Assembly: GCA_964411615.1 (NCBI GenBank) | Contig: CAYPLO010000032.1 | Coordinates: 1,222 to 20,022, forward strand | Source: an uncultured Aquificales bacterium | GTDB taxonomy: Bacteria; Thermosulfidibacterota; Thermosulfidibacteria; Thermosulfidibacterales; Thermosulfidibacteraceae | DNA length: 18,801 nt | Reading direction: 5' to 3' | In this document: positions 1 through 9,348 of the stretch, in pieces | Layout: every line of letters starts with the position of its first letter | Position numbering within the stretch: the stretch's first letter is position 1 | Notes under the pieces: generated by a model | What the model saw: only the letters and a program-made list of their open reading frames with translations | Databases searched by the model: none | Told to the model about the DNA's origin: nothing | Program-made: the position numbers and the translations under genes

Positions 1-294
1 ACCCTTCGCCTGAGAGGACCACGCCTTGCGGTTATGATGATGAGGGAGCTTCACGCCAAAAGCGATGTGGGTAGTGAGCTACTGGAGCGATTCTTGAAAA
101 GCATCGGAGACAGGCTCACAGAGGTTATAAGAAACGGCATAGAGAAGGGAACCTTCAGGAGGCTGGAGCCTCGGCTCATCCTCAACTTCCTTATCCACAC
201 CGATGCCATGGTAGCCATAGGCTTTCAGAACATGGGACTGGAGGAGGCCAGCGAAACCGCCTTCAGTCTCTTCATGGACGGGGTGAGAGGTTGA
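1..294 (+). CDS. TetR/AcrR-family transcriptional regulator, C-terminal part (5' truncated by the window edge)
   Basis: Frame 1 is open from base 1 (TLRLRGPRLAVMMMRE...) to TGA at 292-294. 'EVIRNGIEKGTFRRLEP...FSLFMDGV' resembles TetR C-terminal ligand-binding domains, and the gene lies directly upstream of a TolC efflux operon. The HTH is not in the window. Confidence 0.7.
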   Translation, partial: TLRLRGPRLAVMMMRELHAKSDVGSELLERFLKSIGDRLTEVIRNGIEKGTFRRLEPRLILNFLIHTDAMVAIGFQNMGLEEASETAFSLFMDGVRG

Positions 295-1541
295 GGACGC
301 TTCTGCCTATTCTGCTGGTGCTACTTTTGGCAACTCCCTCCTTCCCCATAACCCTGAAGGAGTGCGTGGTTGCAGCCCTCAAGAACAACCCGAAAGTCAT
401 GGCCCAGAGTGAAAATCTTAAGGCCAGCGGAGCCGAGGTTGAGCTTGTGGTGTCGGAGTTTTTTCCAAAAGTGTGGTGGGAGCTGGACTATACGAGAAGC
501 GGTGGCAGCAACATCCCTCCGGGAGACCTCTACAGCCACAGCCTAACCGCCCAGTGGGAGGTCTTCTCGGGGCTCTCCACCTACAACGACTACCTTGCCC
601 GCAGGCTGTTGAAGTCTGCAGAAAAGAGCGCCCTCAGGAGGGTTATGCTTGATGTCTCCCTTGAGGTGGTGAAGGCCTACACCGATGCCCTCTCCGCCAG
701 GTACCAGCTTGAGGCCGCCCGCCACTATCTGAAAAGCGCAGAGTACGGTTTGAAGCTTGCCGAAGGCAGATTCAAGGTGGGGCTTGCCCCCAGGGCCGAT
801 GTGCTGCACGCAAGGTCCAAGGTGGCGGAGGCCAGGTTCAAGGTGGTGGAGAAAAAGAGGGATTATCTCACCGCCACAGGCAGGCTGGCCGTTGCCATGG
901 GGCTGCCCGCAGACACTCCCCTTGATGTGGAGGGATTGGAGCCGAAGCTGGCAGATTTCTCTTTTAAGGAGCTTCTGAAGGTTGCCCAGGAGATGTCTCC
1001 GGAGGTTAAGGAGGCGAAGCTCAGGTGGAAAGCTCAGAGCAAAAAGGTCTCCTCCGTAAAGGGGGAGTTTATGCCCACGGTGTCGCTGTTCTCAAGCTAC
1101 TCTCAGCAGGACGAGTCGCTCTTTCCCGACGATAGGGACACGTGGAGCTTCGGGTTCAAGGTGAAGATACCGCTTTTTACAGGGTTTTCCACCTGGAAGA
1201 AGCTGAAGGCGGAGAAGGCCAAACTACAGCTAAATGCCTACAGATTGAGGGAGGCCATCCTTGAGCTGCAGGAGAGGGTCTGGTCTGCGTATCAGAACTA
1301 CAAAGAGGCAAAGGAGAAGCTCATCTGGGCCAAGAGATACTGGGAGGCGGCTAAGGAAGACCTCAGAATAATGAGGAAGAAGTACCAGGTAGGACTGGCC
1401 TCCATCGTGGATTTGACCACCTCCCAGGCAAGCGCATATGAGGCTGAAAGCTCCTACTACACAGCCTACACACAGCTGATTTACGCATACTACAGCCTGG
1501 TCAGGGCTGTGGGCAAAATCCCCACCTTAGAGGAGCTGTGA
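291..1541 (+). CDS. TolC-family outer membrane efflux protein
   Basis: Signal peptide (MRTLLPILLVLLLATPSFP) followed by 'ITLKECVVAALKNNP'. Two OEP repeats ('RFKVGLAPRADVLHA', 'KYQVGLASIVDLTTSQ'). The TTG start overlaps the upstream TGA. Confidence 0.93.
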   Translation: MRTLLPILLVLLLATPSFPITLKECVVAALKNNPKVMAQSENLKASGAEVELVVSEFFPKVWWELDYTRSGGSNIPPGDLYSHSLTAQWEVFSGLSTYNDYLARRLLKSAEKSALRRVMLDVSLEVVKAYTDALSARYQLEAARHYLKSAEYGLKLAEGRFKVGLAPRADVLHARSKVAEARFKVVEKKRDYLTATGRLAVAMGLPADTPLDVEGLEPKLADFSFKELLKVAQEMSPEVKEAKLRWKAQSKKVSSVKGEFMPTVSLFSSYSQQDESLFPDDRDTWSFGFKVKIPLFTGFSTWKKLKAEKAKLQLNAYRLREAILELQERVWSAYQNYKEAKEKLIWAKRYWEAAKEDLRIMRKKYQVGLASIVDLTTSQASAYEAESSYYTAYTQLIYAYYSLVRAVGKIPTLEEL

Positions 1542-2716
1542 TGAGAAGAATACTTATCCTCATTCTTGTTCTGTTCACCGCCTGCTCCAAGGGCAAGAAA
1601 GGGGAGTTCAAGCCCCAGGGTCAGGCCAAAGTGAAAAGAGGAAGCATAACCATGGAGGTTACGGCAACAGGAGCGGTGAAGCCTCAGGTCGGGGCCCAGA
1701 TAAAGGTAGGGGCCAGAATCTCCGGTAAGGTGGAGCGCCTATTCGTTCAGGCAGGAGACAGGGTGAAGAAGGGACAGCTCATAGCGGTTATAGAGCACGA
1801 GGATTTGAAAAATCAGATGCTTGCCAAAAGGCACCAGATGGAGGCGGCCTTAGCCAGGCTACAGAGGGTCAAAAGGACGTATCCCCTCAAGATAAAGGCG
1901 GCCAGAGAGTCCTTAGAGCAGGCCATAGCCGAACACAAACTGGCCCTCAAGGACCTCAAGCGCATAAGAAGATTGCACGGTGAAGGGCTTGTGTCTGACA
2001 GGGACCTTGACGATGCTGTGAGGCTTGAGAAGGTTAAAAGGGCAGAGGTTGAGGCCAGAAGGGCCAGGCTGAAGGAGCTACAGGAAGAGTTCAGGCAGGC
2101 TTTGAAGGAAGCGAAGCAGCAGTATCTGTCCGCTAAAAGGGCATACCAGCAGGCAAAGGTGCTGTACAGCTACGCCTTCATATACTCGCCCATATCGGGG
2201 GTGGTCTCCTCGGTCTCTACCCAGCAGGGTGAGACTGTTGTGGCAGGGCTAAACGCTCCCACCTTCATCACCGTTGTGGACCTGCACAGGTTACAGGTGG
2301 ATGCCTATGTTGATGAGACAGATATTGGCAAGGTAAAACCAGGCCAGAAGGCCACATTCGTTGTGGATGCCTATCCGGACAAGGTCTTTAAAGGTGTGGT
2401 TGAGACCATCTATCCGGGCGCCATAATCAGAAACAATGTGGTCTTCTACGATGTGAAGATAAGGATAGAGACCCCCTACTACGGGCTTTTGAAGCCTGAC
2501 ATGACGGCGGATGTGACCATACAGGTTGGCAAGAAGAGGGGGGTTCTCGTTGTTCCTGCATCTGCCGTGAAGGTGGGAATTGACGGAAAATCCTACGTGA
2601 TGGTGAAGGAGAAGGGCAAGTGGGTTAAGCGGGTTGTGGAAACGGGATGGGAGAGCGAGGGTAAGGTGGAGATAGTGAAAGGCCTTAAAGAGGGGGAGGT
2701 TGTAGCCCTTTGGTGA
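1541..2716 (+). CDS. MacA-like efflux periplasmic adaptor (membrane fusion protein), predicted lipoprotein
   Basis: Lipoyl-half motifs 'VGARISGKVERLFVQAGDRVKKGQLIA' and 'IYSPISGVVSSVSTQQGETV', a long coiled coil, and 'VDETDIGKVKPGQKATFVVDAYPD'. N-terminal MRRILILILVLFTAC has a lipobox-like Cys. I prefer ATG 1541 (TGATG overlap, AGGAG 5 nt upstream) over GTG 1538. Confidence 0.93.
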   Translation: MRRILILILVLFTACSKGKKGEFKPQGQAKVKRGSITMEVTATGAVKPQVGAQIKVGARISGKVERLFVQAGDRVKKGQLIAVIEHEDLKNQMLAKRHQMEAALARLQRVKRTYPLKIKAARESLEQAIAEHKLALKDLKRIRRLHGEGLVSDRDLDDAVRLEKVKRAEVEARRARLKELQEEFRQALKEAKQQYLSAKRAYQQAKVLYSYAFIYSPISGVVSSVSTQQGETVVAGLNAPTFITVVDLHRLQVDAYVDETDIGKVKPGQKATFVVDAYPDKVFKGVVETIYPGAIIRNNVVFYDVKIRIETPYYGLLKPDMTADVTIQVGKKRGVLVVPASAVKVGIDGKSYVMVKEKGKWVKRVVETGWESEGKVEIVKGLKEGEVVALW

Positions 2717-3393
2717 TTGTTGAGATGAGCGGAATAAAGAAGAGCTATGTGACAGGGGACCAGACCATAGAGGTCCTCAGGGGTGTGGACCTTATTGTGA
2801 GGAAAGGGGACTTCATCGCCATAATGGGACCCTCAGGGGAAGGGAAGAGCACCCTCATGAACATACTGGGGTGCTTAGACAGGCCTACTGAGGGCACCTA
2901 CCTCTTTGAAGGCGTGGATGTGCTGAGCCTCAGCGACAGGGAGCTTTCAAAGCTGAGAAACCGGAAGATAGGCTTTGTCTTTCAGCAGTTTCACCTAATC
3001 CCGTGGGCCACGGCCCTTGAGAATGTTCTTTTGCCTATGGTGTACAGAGACGGAATCACAAAAGAAGACGTTGAGAGGGCCAGAAGGTTGCTTGAGAGGC
3101 TGGGGCTCGGAGAGAGGATGAACTTTAAGCCATCGCAGCTGTCGGGAGGTCAACAGCAGAGGGTGGCGATAGCCAGGGCACTGATAGGAGAGCCCTCTCT
3201 TATACTGGCGGACGAGCCTACGGGCAACCTGGATGCCTCCTCAAGCAGGGAGGTTATGAGCATATTCAAAGAGCTCAACCAGGAAGGCACCACCATAGTT
3301 ATGACAACCCACGACCCCGAAACGGCAAAGGTGGCAAAGAGCGTGAAGGTTCTGAGGAATGGGAAGTTCCAGCAGGACGGTATCCTTAATTAA
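2713..3393 (+). CDS. ABC transporter ATP-binding protein (MacB/LolD type)
   Basis: Walker A GPSGEGKS, Q-loop 'IGFVFQQFHL', signature LSGGQQQRVAIARAL, Walker B/D-loop ILADEPTGNLD and H-loop THD. Start is GTG 2713 (GTGA overlap) or TTG 2710. Confidence 0.95.
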   Translation: MIVEMSGIKKSYVTGDQTIEVLRGVDLIVRKGDFIAIMGPSGEGKSTLMNILGCLDRPTEGTYLFEGVDVLSLSDRELSKLRNRKIGFVFQQFHLIPWATALENVLLPMVYRDGITKEDVERARRLLERLGLGERMNFKPSQLSGGQQQRVAIARALIGEPSLILADEPTGNLDASSSREVMSIFKELNQEGTTIVMTTHDPETAKVAKSVKVLRNGKFQQDGILN

Positions 3394-4573
3394 AGAGGCC
3401 TTCAAGGAAGCCATCTCCTCCAAGGTCAATCTCTTCTTCATGTCCTTCGGACTCATTGTGGGGATATGCGCCACCACAGCCATATACTCCGTTGGGAACG
3501 GGGCAAAGGTCACCATCTACAGAATCTTAGAGAATTTGAATTTTGGCCCCAACGCCTTCCTCATACTGGCAGGGGGAGGGAAGTTCTTCGGTCCATCTGC
3601 CACCAGAAGGGACAGGTTCAAGCTTAGGGACATTGAGGACATGAAAAGGTTTGACTTTGTTGTTGGCATATCCCCCGTCCAGATGAGGATGATGCAGGTT
3701 GCCTCTCCCACAAATGCCGAGTTCACAAGGGTTCTGGGGGTCTTTCCAGCCTACAGGTGGGTGAACAGCTGGGATGTCTATGTGGGAAGGTTCATAACCG
3801 ACGAGGATTTGAGGCTCAGGAGGAAGGTCTGTCTTCTGGGCTATGACACGGCCAAGAGGCTCTTTTCGGGAAACCCCATAGGCAGGAAGGTGAGGATAAA
3901 CGGGGTATCTCTGGAGGTGGTTGGGATACTGGAGAAGAAGGGGGTGATAGGCAACTTCCACCTTGACGAGAGGGTCCTGGTCCCCTTCACAACGGCAAGG
4001 TACCGCATATTCAACAAGGACTGGATAGATGCGGCGAAGGTGCTTCTGAAGAAGGGGACAGATATTGCAAAGGCGAAAAGTGCGATAAGAAGGCTCCTAA
4101 GGCGCAACCACGGGCTTCTCCCTCAGGATATAGACGACTTCAGGATAATCACCCCGGACCAGATTATGAGGTTCCTAACAAAGGCCACAGCCACACTGAC
4201 CGCCCTGCTCATGGTCATATCCCTGGTTACGCTGATAGTGGCGGGGGTAATCATCATGAACATCATGTACGCGGTTATTGAGGAAAAGAAGAAGATAATT
4301 GCCCTGAGAAAGGCCTACGGTGCCACCGATGGGGATATAGTTCTGCATTATCTCTCAATAACAGGCGTGGTGGCTGTGGTGGGCTTTATGGCGGGCTACG
4401 GCCTGGGTAACCTCATCACCTTCATAGTGTCCCGACTCACACCCATAGCCGGCTATTACAGCCTGTGGACAGCTATTATGGGGCTTGCCCTGGCCATAGC
4501 CACCTCCGTGGGCTTCGGGCTCATTCCGGCGAGGGCCGCATCAAAGCTGCCACCTGCGGAGCTTTTAAGATGA
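3359..4573 (+). CDS. MacB/FtsX-family ABC permease (permease 1)
   Basis: One N-terminal TM helix, a large periplasmic domain ('GRFITDEDLRLRRKVCLLG', 'NPIGRKVRINGVSLEVVGIL'), three C-terminal TM helices and the ending 'FGLIPARAASKLPPAELLR'. Overlaps the ATPase gene by 35 nt, so the exact start is uncertain. Confidence 0.92.
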   Translation: MGSSSRTVSLIKEAFKEAISSKVNLFFMSFGLIVGICATTAIYSVGNGAKVTIYRILENLNFGPNAFLILAGGGKFFGPSATRRDRFKLRDIEDMKRFDFVVGISPVQMRMMQVASPTNAEFTRVLGVFPAYRWVNSWDVYVGRFITDEDLRLRRKVCLLGYDTAKRLFSGNPIGRKVRINGVSLEVVGILEKKGVIGNFHLDERVLVPFTTARYRIFNKDWIDAAKVLLKKGTDIAKAKSAIRRLLRRNHGLLPQDIDDFRIITPDQIMRFLTKATATLTALLMVISLVTLIVAGVIIMNIMYAVIEEKKKIIALRKAYGATDGDIVLHYLSITGVVAVVGFMAGYGLGNLITFIVSRLTPIAGYYSLWTAIMGLALAIATSVGFGLIPARAASKLPPAELLR

Positions 4574-5781
4574 GAGGCCTTAGGTTCAGACTCTCCTACG
4601 GGGCCCTGTTCCACAAAAAACGGAGGCTTCTGCTGTCCGTTCTGGGTATTGTGATAGGCATGGCCTCAATAGTGGTTATGATAGCGGTGGGAGAGGGTTC
4701 CAAGGCAAAGGTGATGAGGGAGTTTGAGACCTTCTCACCTGATACCATAACCGTAATATCCGGAAGGGTAAGGATAAGGGGGGGGAGGCCTATAACCACC
4801 GAGAGGTACAAGACCCTAAAGCTCAGAGATGCCAGGGCCATTGAGAAGGTGTTTGGAGTTGTGAGGGTAGCCCCCGTCTTTGAGGGGGCAGTCACAGTTG
4901 AATATGGAAGGGAGAGTATGACGGCAACGGTGGTGGGAAGCACCCCCAGTATATTCAGCATAAGGAGATACAGGCTGAGAAGGGGGAGGGTCTTCTCCAG
5001 CAGGGAGGCCTGGCACAACGGCAAAGTGGCTGTCATAGGCTACAAGGTGTGGAAGGAACTGTTCAACTTTTCGGACCCCATAGGACAGAGGATAAGGATA
5101 AGAAAGCTCCCCTTCCTGGTGGTGGGCCTGATGGAGAAGATGGGGACCGACGCAAGCGGCAGGGACCTGGACAGTCAGGTGATTGTCCCTGTGACCTCTG
5201 CCATGAACAGGCTCTTCAACGCAGATTACCTTACATCCATATACGTTCAGACCATGGGGGAGAGGTACTTAGATGTGGTGTCCAGAAACATAGACAGAAT
5301 CCTCTACAGGCTCCACGGGATAAGCAAGGCAAAGCCCAAGGACTACTCAATATTGAAGGCCGAGGAGATACTTAAGAACAAGAGACGCTCAGCCATGATA
5401 TTTTCAGCCTTTATAGTGAGCATCGCCTTCATATCCATACTTGTGGGGTCGTTCGGGGTCATGGCGGTGATGATACTATCCGTGAAGGAGAGGAGGAGAG
5501 AGATAGGCATAAGAAAGGCCTTTGGAGCCACAAACAGGAGCATAGCCCTCCAGTTCCTCAGGGAGTCCATCTTTGTATCCTCCGTTGGAGGGATTCTGGG
5601 ACTGGCATCGGGGGTGGTTATAAGCATTGTGGTCAGCATGGTTGCAGGATACCCACTTAAGCTGCCCCTGGTTCCCTCGGCGGCCGCCCTGCTACTCACC
5701 ATCTTCATAGGGGGACTATCCGGCCTCTACCCTGCCCTGCGGGCGGCAAAGGTCAACCCCATTGAGACGCTGAGGGATTGA
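4570..5781 (+). CDS. MacB/FtsX-family ABC permease (permease 2)
   Basis: 'LLSVLGIVIGMASIVVMIAVGEG', 'DPIGQRIRI...VVGL', canonical 'VKERRREIGIRKAFGA' and the ending 'GLYPALRAAKVNPIETLR'. True start is ATG 4570 (ATGA overlap with the permease 1 stop), not 4465. Confidence 0.93.
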   Translation: MRGLRFRLSYGALFHKKRRLLLSVLGIVIGMASIVVMIAVGEGSKAKVMREFETFSPDTITVISGRVRIRGGRPITTERYKTLKLRDARAIEKVFGVVRVAPVFEGAVTVEYGRESMTATVVGSTPSIFSIRRYRLRRGRVFSSREAWHNGKVAVIGYKVWKELFNFSDPIGQRIRIRKLPFLVVGLMEKMGTDASGRDLDSQVIVPVTSAMNRLFNADYLTSIYVQTMGERYLDVVSRNIDRILYRLHGISKAKPKDYSILKAEEILKNKRRSAMIFSAFIVSIAFISILVGSFGVMAVMILSVKERRREIGIRKAFGATNRSIALQFLRESIFVSSVGGILGLASGVVISIVVSMVAGYPLKLPLVPSAAALLLTIFIGGLSGLYPALRAAKVNPIETLRD

Positions 5782-5806
5782 ACTTTCCTCCCCTAACGTT
5801 TATAAA
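5778..5806 (+). promoter_or_regulatory. Putative sigma70 promoter for the lactate permease gene
   Basis: TTGAAC (5778-5783), a 17-nt spacer, then TATAAA (5801-5806). A GGAGG-rich RBS at about 5823-5831 precedes ATG 5836. Confidence 0.55.
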
Positions 5807-5835
5807 GTTGAAAACTTCTTCCGGAGGAGGTGGAG

Positions 5836-7410
5836 ATGAACTTTGTTTTAGCAATTCTTCCAATCCTGATTGTTCTCATAGGTATGCTTATCTTTTCTCG
5901 CTCAGGAACCTTTATGTCGGTTGTGGGATGGGTATTTTCTGTAGTGGTAGCTGTTCTTTATTTTAAAACTCCGTTAGAAGTTGCACTGGGAGCCAGTGCC
6001 ATGGGCATCATAAAGGCGCTGGGCATCACACTGGCCGTGGCATTCACCATGTTCCTGATATTCCTCATGAGGGAGACAGGTGCCCTCTCCAGGATAATCC
6101 AGTACATCCAGGGTATAGCGAAGACCAAGGAGGAGCAGGCCCTCTTCGTGGGCATGGGCTTCGGCTCCCTCGCCACTGCCCTGGGCATGGTGACTCCCGC
6201 CATGTTTCCTCCCGTCTTTCTGATGTTGGGCTTCTCCCCCATCGCCGCCATAGGCATATCCGTTCTCTGTTACGACCCGCTGACCTCCTTCGCCCTGTTC
6301 TCAATCCCCGTAACCCTTCCCGCTAAAGTGGCATGGGGCCCCTTCGGCATAAGGCCTCCCGGTATCCCCAACCTGGACGAGTTCATATGGACCTTTGCCC
6401 ATAAGATAACTGTGTTTCTTCCACCTATATCCGTGCTCTTTGCCATCCTCATGCTTTACACCATAGATGGTAAGGAGTCTGTGAAGAGGCACTGGAAGGC
6501 AGCCTTAATATCGGGCCTTGTCCTCTCCCTTAGCGCCTACGCCATAGCCGCCTTCAGGATACTTCCCGTGGAGGTCATAGGGATAGTTGCGGGACTGCTC
6601 ACCATGATAACGGTGTACATCATCTTCTCCAGAAACGGAAAGAGGGAGGGGGCACATTGGGACAGCGAGCTTGTGGTCTCTATGTTTCCCCTGATACTGC
6701 TTGTGGTATTCTCCCTGGTGGTCAACATACCCTCCATAAAGAAGTACCTCGCCAACGTTCTGGGCAAGGGGGAGGTGATAAGAGTCATAGCCAACAAGCA
6801 CACCGACCTTAACATATTCGCCAGTGTCTGGTTCTGGATACTTGTAACATGCGTGTTATCCATCTTTGTGCTGAGGCCCACATCGGAGCAGCTGTCAAAC
6901 ACGTTCAAAACCTGGCTCAACAGGGTATGGGGACCTTTCATAGCCTACTCCCTATTCTTCGCCGTGGCCTTCGTTATGGCCTGGTCCGCCATGGAGATAG
7001 TCAACGGCAAGCTGGTCCCCTCTGCCCACTTCGCCCAGTACAACATGGACACCATCATAGGAGTAACCCTGGCCAAGATATTCGGAAAGTTCTACGCCTT
7101 CTTGGCTCCTTTCTTAGGGCTATTTGGAGCCTTTGTGGGAGGAAGCGAAACCGCCTCCAACGTGCTCTTCGCCAAGATTCAGTTTGAGGCCACTAAGATG
7201 ACCCTTGGGCCTCAGGCCTTCATGTGGATATACGCAGCCCATGCCGTTGGAGGAGGTATAGCAAGCGCCATAACCCCCTCCAAGATAACCAACGCAGCAG
7301 CCACCATAGGCGTCAAGGGTGAGGAGGAGGCCAAACTCCTCAAGATGGTGATAGTTCCCGTTATACTCATGTCCGTAATAGTGGGGATTATGGTTATGGC
7401 CCTCGTTTAA
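5836..7410 (+). CDS. L-lactate permease (LctP/LldP) family transporter
   Basis: Highly hydrophobic protein of about 524 aa. N-terminal 'VLAILPILIVLIGMLIF' and C-terminal family-like motifs 'LAPFLGLFGAFVGGSETASNVLF' and 'AVGGGIASAITPSKI'. ATG 5836 follows a strong RBS (GTG 5830 is the alternative). The substrate is inferred only. Confidence 0.8.
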   Translation: MNFVLAILPILIVLIGMLIFSRSGTFMSVVGWVFSVVVAVLYFKTPLEVALGASAMGIIKALGITLAVAFTMFLIFLMRETGALSRIIQYIQGIAKTKEEQALFVGMGFGSLATALGMVTPAMFPPVFLMLGFSPIAAIGISVLCYDPLTSFALFSIPVTLPAKVAWGPFGIRPPGIPNLDEFIWTFAHKITVFLPPISVLFAILMLYTIDGKESVKRHWKAALISGLVLSLSAYAIAAFRILPVEVIGIVAGLLTMITVYIIFSRNGKREGAHWDSELVVSMFPLILLVVFSLVVNIPSIKKYLANVLGKGEVIRVIANKHTDLNIFASVWFWILVTCVLSIFVLRPTSEQLSNTFKTWLNRVWGPFIAYSLFFAVAFVMAWSAMEIVNGKLVPSAHFAQYNMDTIIGVTLAKIFGKFYAFLAPFLGLFGAFVGGSETASNVLFAKIQFEATKMTLGPQAFMWIYAAHAVGGGIASAITPSKITNAAATIGVKGEEEAKLLKMVIVPVILMSVIVGIMVMALV

Positions 7411-8386
7411 TCCCTTCCGGTGGCCTCTCCACCAGGGAGGCCACCCACCCCTCCTCAGAGGGGAACTTTAAAGACAGCTTCTTCGCCACCTCAAGCATAT
7501 CCTCAGGAGGATGTGAGTAAACCGATAAAACCTCCCCCGTTACGGGATGCACGAACCTTAGATAGGCAGCATGGAGGGCCTGTCTGCCTATCAGGTCGAG
7601 CCCCTTTCTTCCGTAAAGGGCATCCCCAAGCACGGGAGTTCCTATGCTGTGCAGATGGACCCTTATCTGGTGGGTTCTTCCCGTCAGTATCCTTACCGCC
7701 AGAAGGCTGTAATCATCCTTAGCATCCAGAACCCTGTATATGCTCACCGCCTCCCTGCCCCCATCCACGACGGCCATCCTCTTTCTGTCAACGGGGTGCC
7801 TGCCTATGGGTGCATCTATGGTCCCCTCTCTGAACCTGGGAACACCGTAGCATAAAGCCAGATACACCTTGGCGATTTTTCTATTCTGAAGCATCTCGGA
7901 AAGCATGATGTGCACGTCCTCCCTTTTGGCCACAATGAGCAGTCCCGATGTGTCCTTGTCCAGCCTGTGGACTATTCCCGGTCTCTCCCTGCCCCCCAAG
8001 GTGGAGAGAACGGGAAACCTGGCTATCAGCACATTGGCGAGGGTGTCCTGGCTGTGCCCGGGTGAGGGATGCACGGGAATACCGGGAGGCTTCTCCACAA
8101 TCGCAAGGTATTCATCCTCGTAGTGCACTTTAAGTTCCGCCTCCAGAGGAACCAGCTCGGAGGGCTCAGGGGGAGGGATAACCACCTCCACAGTCTGACC
8201 GCGGTCCACCCTCACCCCAGCCTTTCTGGGAACTTTTCCCTCCACCAGAACGAGACCGCGCTCTATAAGCCTCTTTATCTGGCTCCTGGTGAGCTCAAGC
8301 CTCTTTTCTAAGAAGCGGTCCAGCCTGATTCCGCCCTCTTCTACCCTCAGAACCTGCCGTACACCTTCAGGCCGCACCTGGGACAC
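7394..8386 (-). CDS. rluD: RluA-family 23S rRNA pseudouridine synthase with S4 domain (RluD type)
   Basis: S4 domain 'RLDRFL...TRSQIKRLIERGLVLVEG', 'KPPGIPVHP', catalytic 'GIVHRLDKDTSGL', 'TGRTHQIRVH', 'GDALYG' and 'RQALHA'. Start is uncertain within the 40-nt overlap with amrS. Confidence 0.93.
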   Translation of the reverse strand: MSQVRPEGVRQVLRVEEGGIRLDRFLEKRLELTRSQIKRLIERGLVLVEGKVPRKAGVRVDRGQTVEVVIPPPEPSELVPLEAELKVHYEDEYLAIVEKPPGIPVHPSPGHSQDTLANVLIARFPVLSTLGGRERPGIVHRLDKDTSGLLIVAKREDVHIMLSEMLQNRKIAKVYLALCYGVPRFREGTIDAPIGRHPVDRKRMAVVDGGREAVSIYRVLDAKDDYSLLAVRILTGRTHQIRVHLHSIGTPVLGDALYGRKGLDLIGRQALHAAYLRFVHPVTGEVLSVYSHPPEDMLEVAKKLSLKFPSEEGWVASLVERPPEGIKRGP

Positions 8387-9348
8387 GAGCCGTCTTTAAG
8401 GTAGGAAAAGACTTCAAAGAACCCCGTTCTCTTTATTAAAAGGTATCCGCAGGAGGGGCAGTAGGTGCTGTTGAGGCTCTCATCGCTAACATTGCCAACG
8501 TACACGTACTTCACGCCAGCCTTTTGGGCAATCTCCCTGGCCTTAAGCAGGGTCCTCAGGGGAGTCGGTGGCACATCAAGCATCCTGTAGTGGGGGTAGA
8601 AGCGGGTAAAATGCAGGGGTATATCGGAGGATACAGACACCAAAAAGTCCACAAGCTTCTCTATCTCATCTTCGGAATCGTTGTGGCCCGGTATAATCAG
8701 GTTGGTAACCTCAACGTGCACACCTGCAGCATACATCCTCTTTATGGAATGCTTCACGGCCTCAAGGGATGCCCCACCGCACACATCCCTGTAGAACTCG
8801 GGCCTTATGGACTTGAGGTCTATGTTTATCGCATCCACCCAGCCCACTATCTCCTCTAAGGGCTCAGGGTTTATGTGCCCGTTGCTCACGAGAACTATGG
8901 GGAGCCCGTGGGGCCTTGCCAGCTTTGCCACATCAACGATGTACTCAAACCAGACCAGAGGCTCAGTATAGGTGAAGCATATGCCGTTGGAGTCGTATCT
9001 CAGGGCTATGGAGACAAGGGCTTCTGGAGATATAAACCTGGTGGGGGCATCCATCTGGGATATCTGGTAGTTCTGGCAGTGCCTGCAGGTGAGGTTGCAT
9101 CCATTACAGGCAACGGAGATTATGTAGCTTCCGGGATAGAAGTGATACAGTGGCTTCTTCTCAATGGGGTCGTTGGCGATGCTGACCACCTCTCCGTAAC
9201 CAGAGCACACGAGCCTTCCATCCACATTCTCCCTTACCCTGCACACCCCCCTCTTTCCAGGGGCTATTACACACTCCCTCGGACACAGAAGGCACCTTAC
9301 CCTTCCTCCATCAAGAGGCTCCCAGTATCTTGCCTCAGGCTTTCTCAT
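8347..9348 (-). CDS. amrS: AmmeMemoRadiSam system radical SAM enzyme (PflA-like)
   Basis: N-terminal '[25 protein letters not shown]', '[14 protein letters not shown]', radical SAM motif CNLTCRHC (CxxxCxxC), 'FTYTEP', '[12 protein letters not shown]', 'YVYVGNV' and C-terminal CPSC/CPRC. Confidence 0.92.
   Translation of the reverse strand: MRKPEARYWEPLDGGRVRCLLCPRECVIAPGKRGVCRVRENVDGRLVCSGYGEVVSIANDPIEKKPLYHFYPGSYIISVACNGCNLTCRHCQNYQISQMDAPTRFISPEALVSIALRYDSNGICFTYTEPLVWFEYIVDVAKLARPHGLPIVLVSNGHINPEPLEEIVGWVDAINIDLKSIRPEFYRDVCGGASLEAVKHSIKRMYAAGVHVEVTNLIIPGHNDSEDEIEKLVDFLVSVSSDIPLHFTRFYPHYRMLDVPPTPLRTLLKAREIAQKAGVKYVYVGNVSDESLNSTYCPSCGYLLIKRTGFFEVFSYLKDGSCPRCGLKVYGRF

Noticed and set aside
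4465..4569. N-terminal extension of permease 2 in the ORF track
   Set aside because: It lies inside permease 1. ATG 4570 gives a standard ATGA coupling and a normal MacB-type N-terminus.
4778..4785. G8 homopolymer in permease 2 as a phase-variation tract
   Set aside because: It is short, in frame (Arg-Gly-Gly) and unremarkable in this purine-rich coding sequence.
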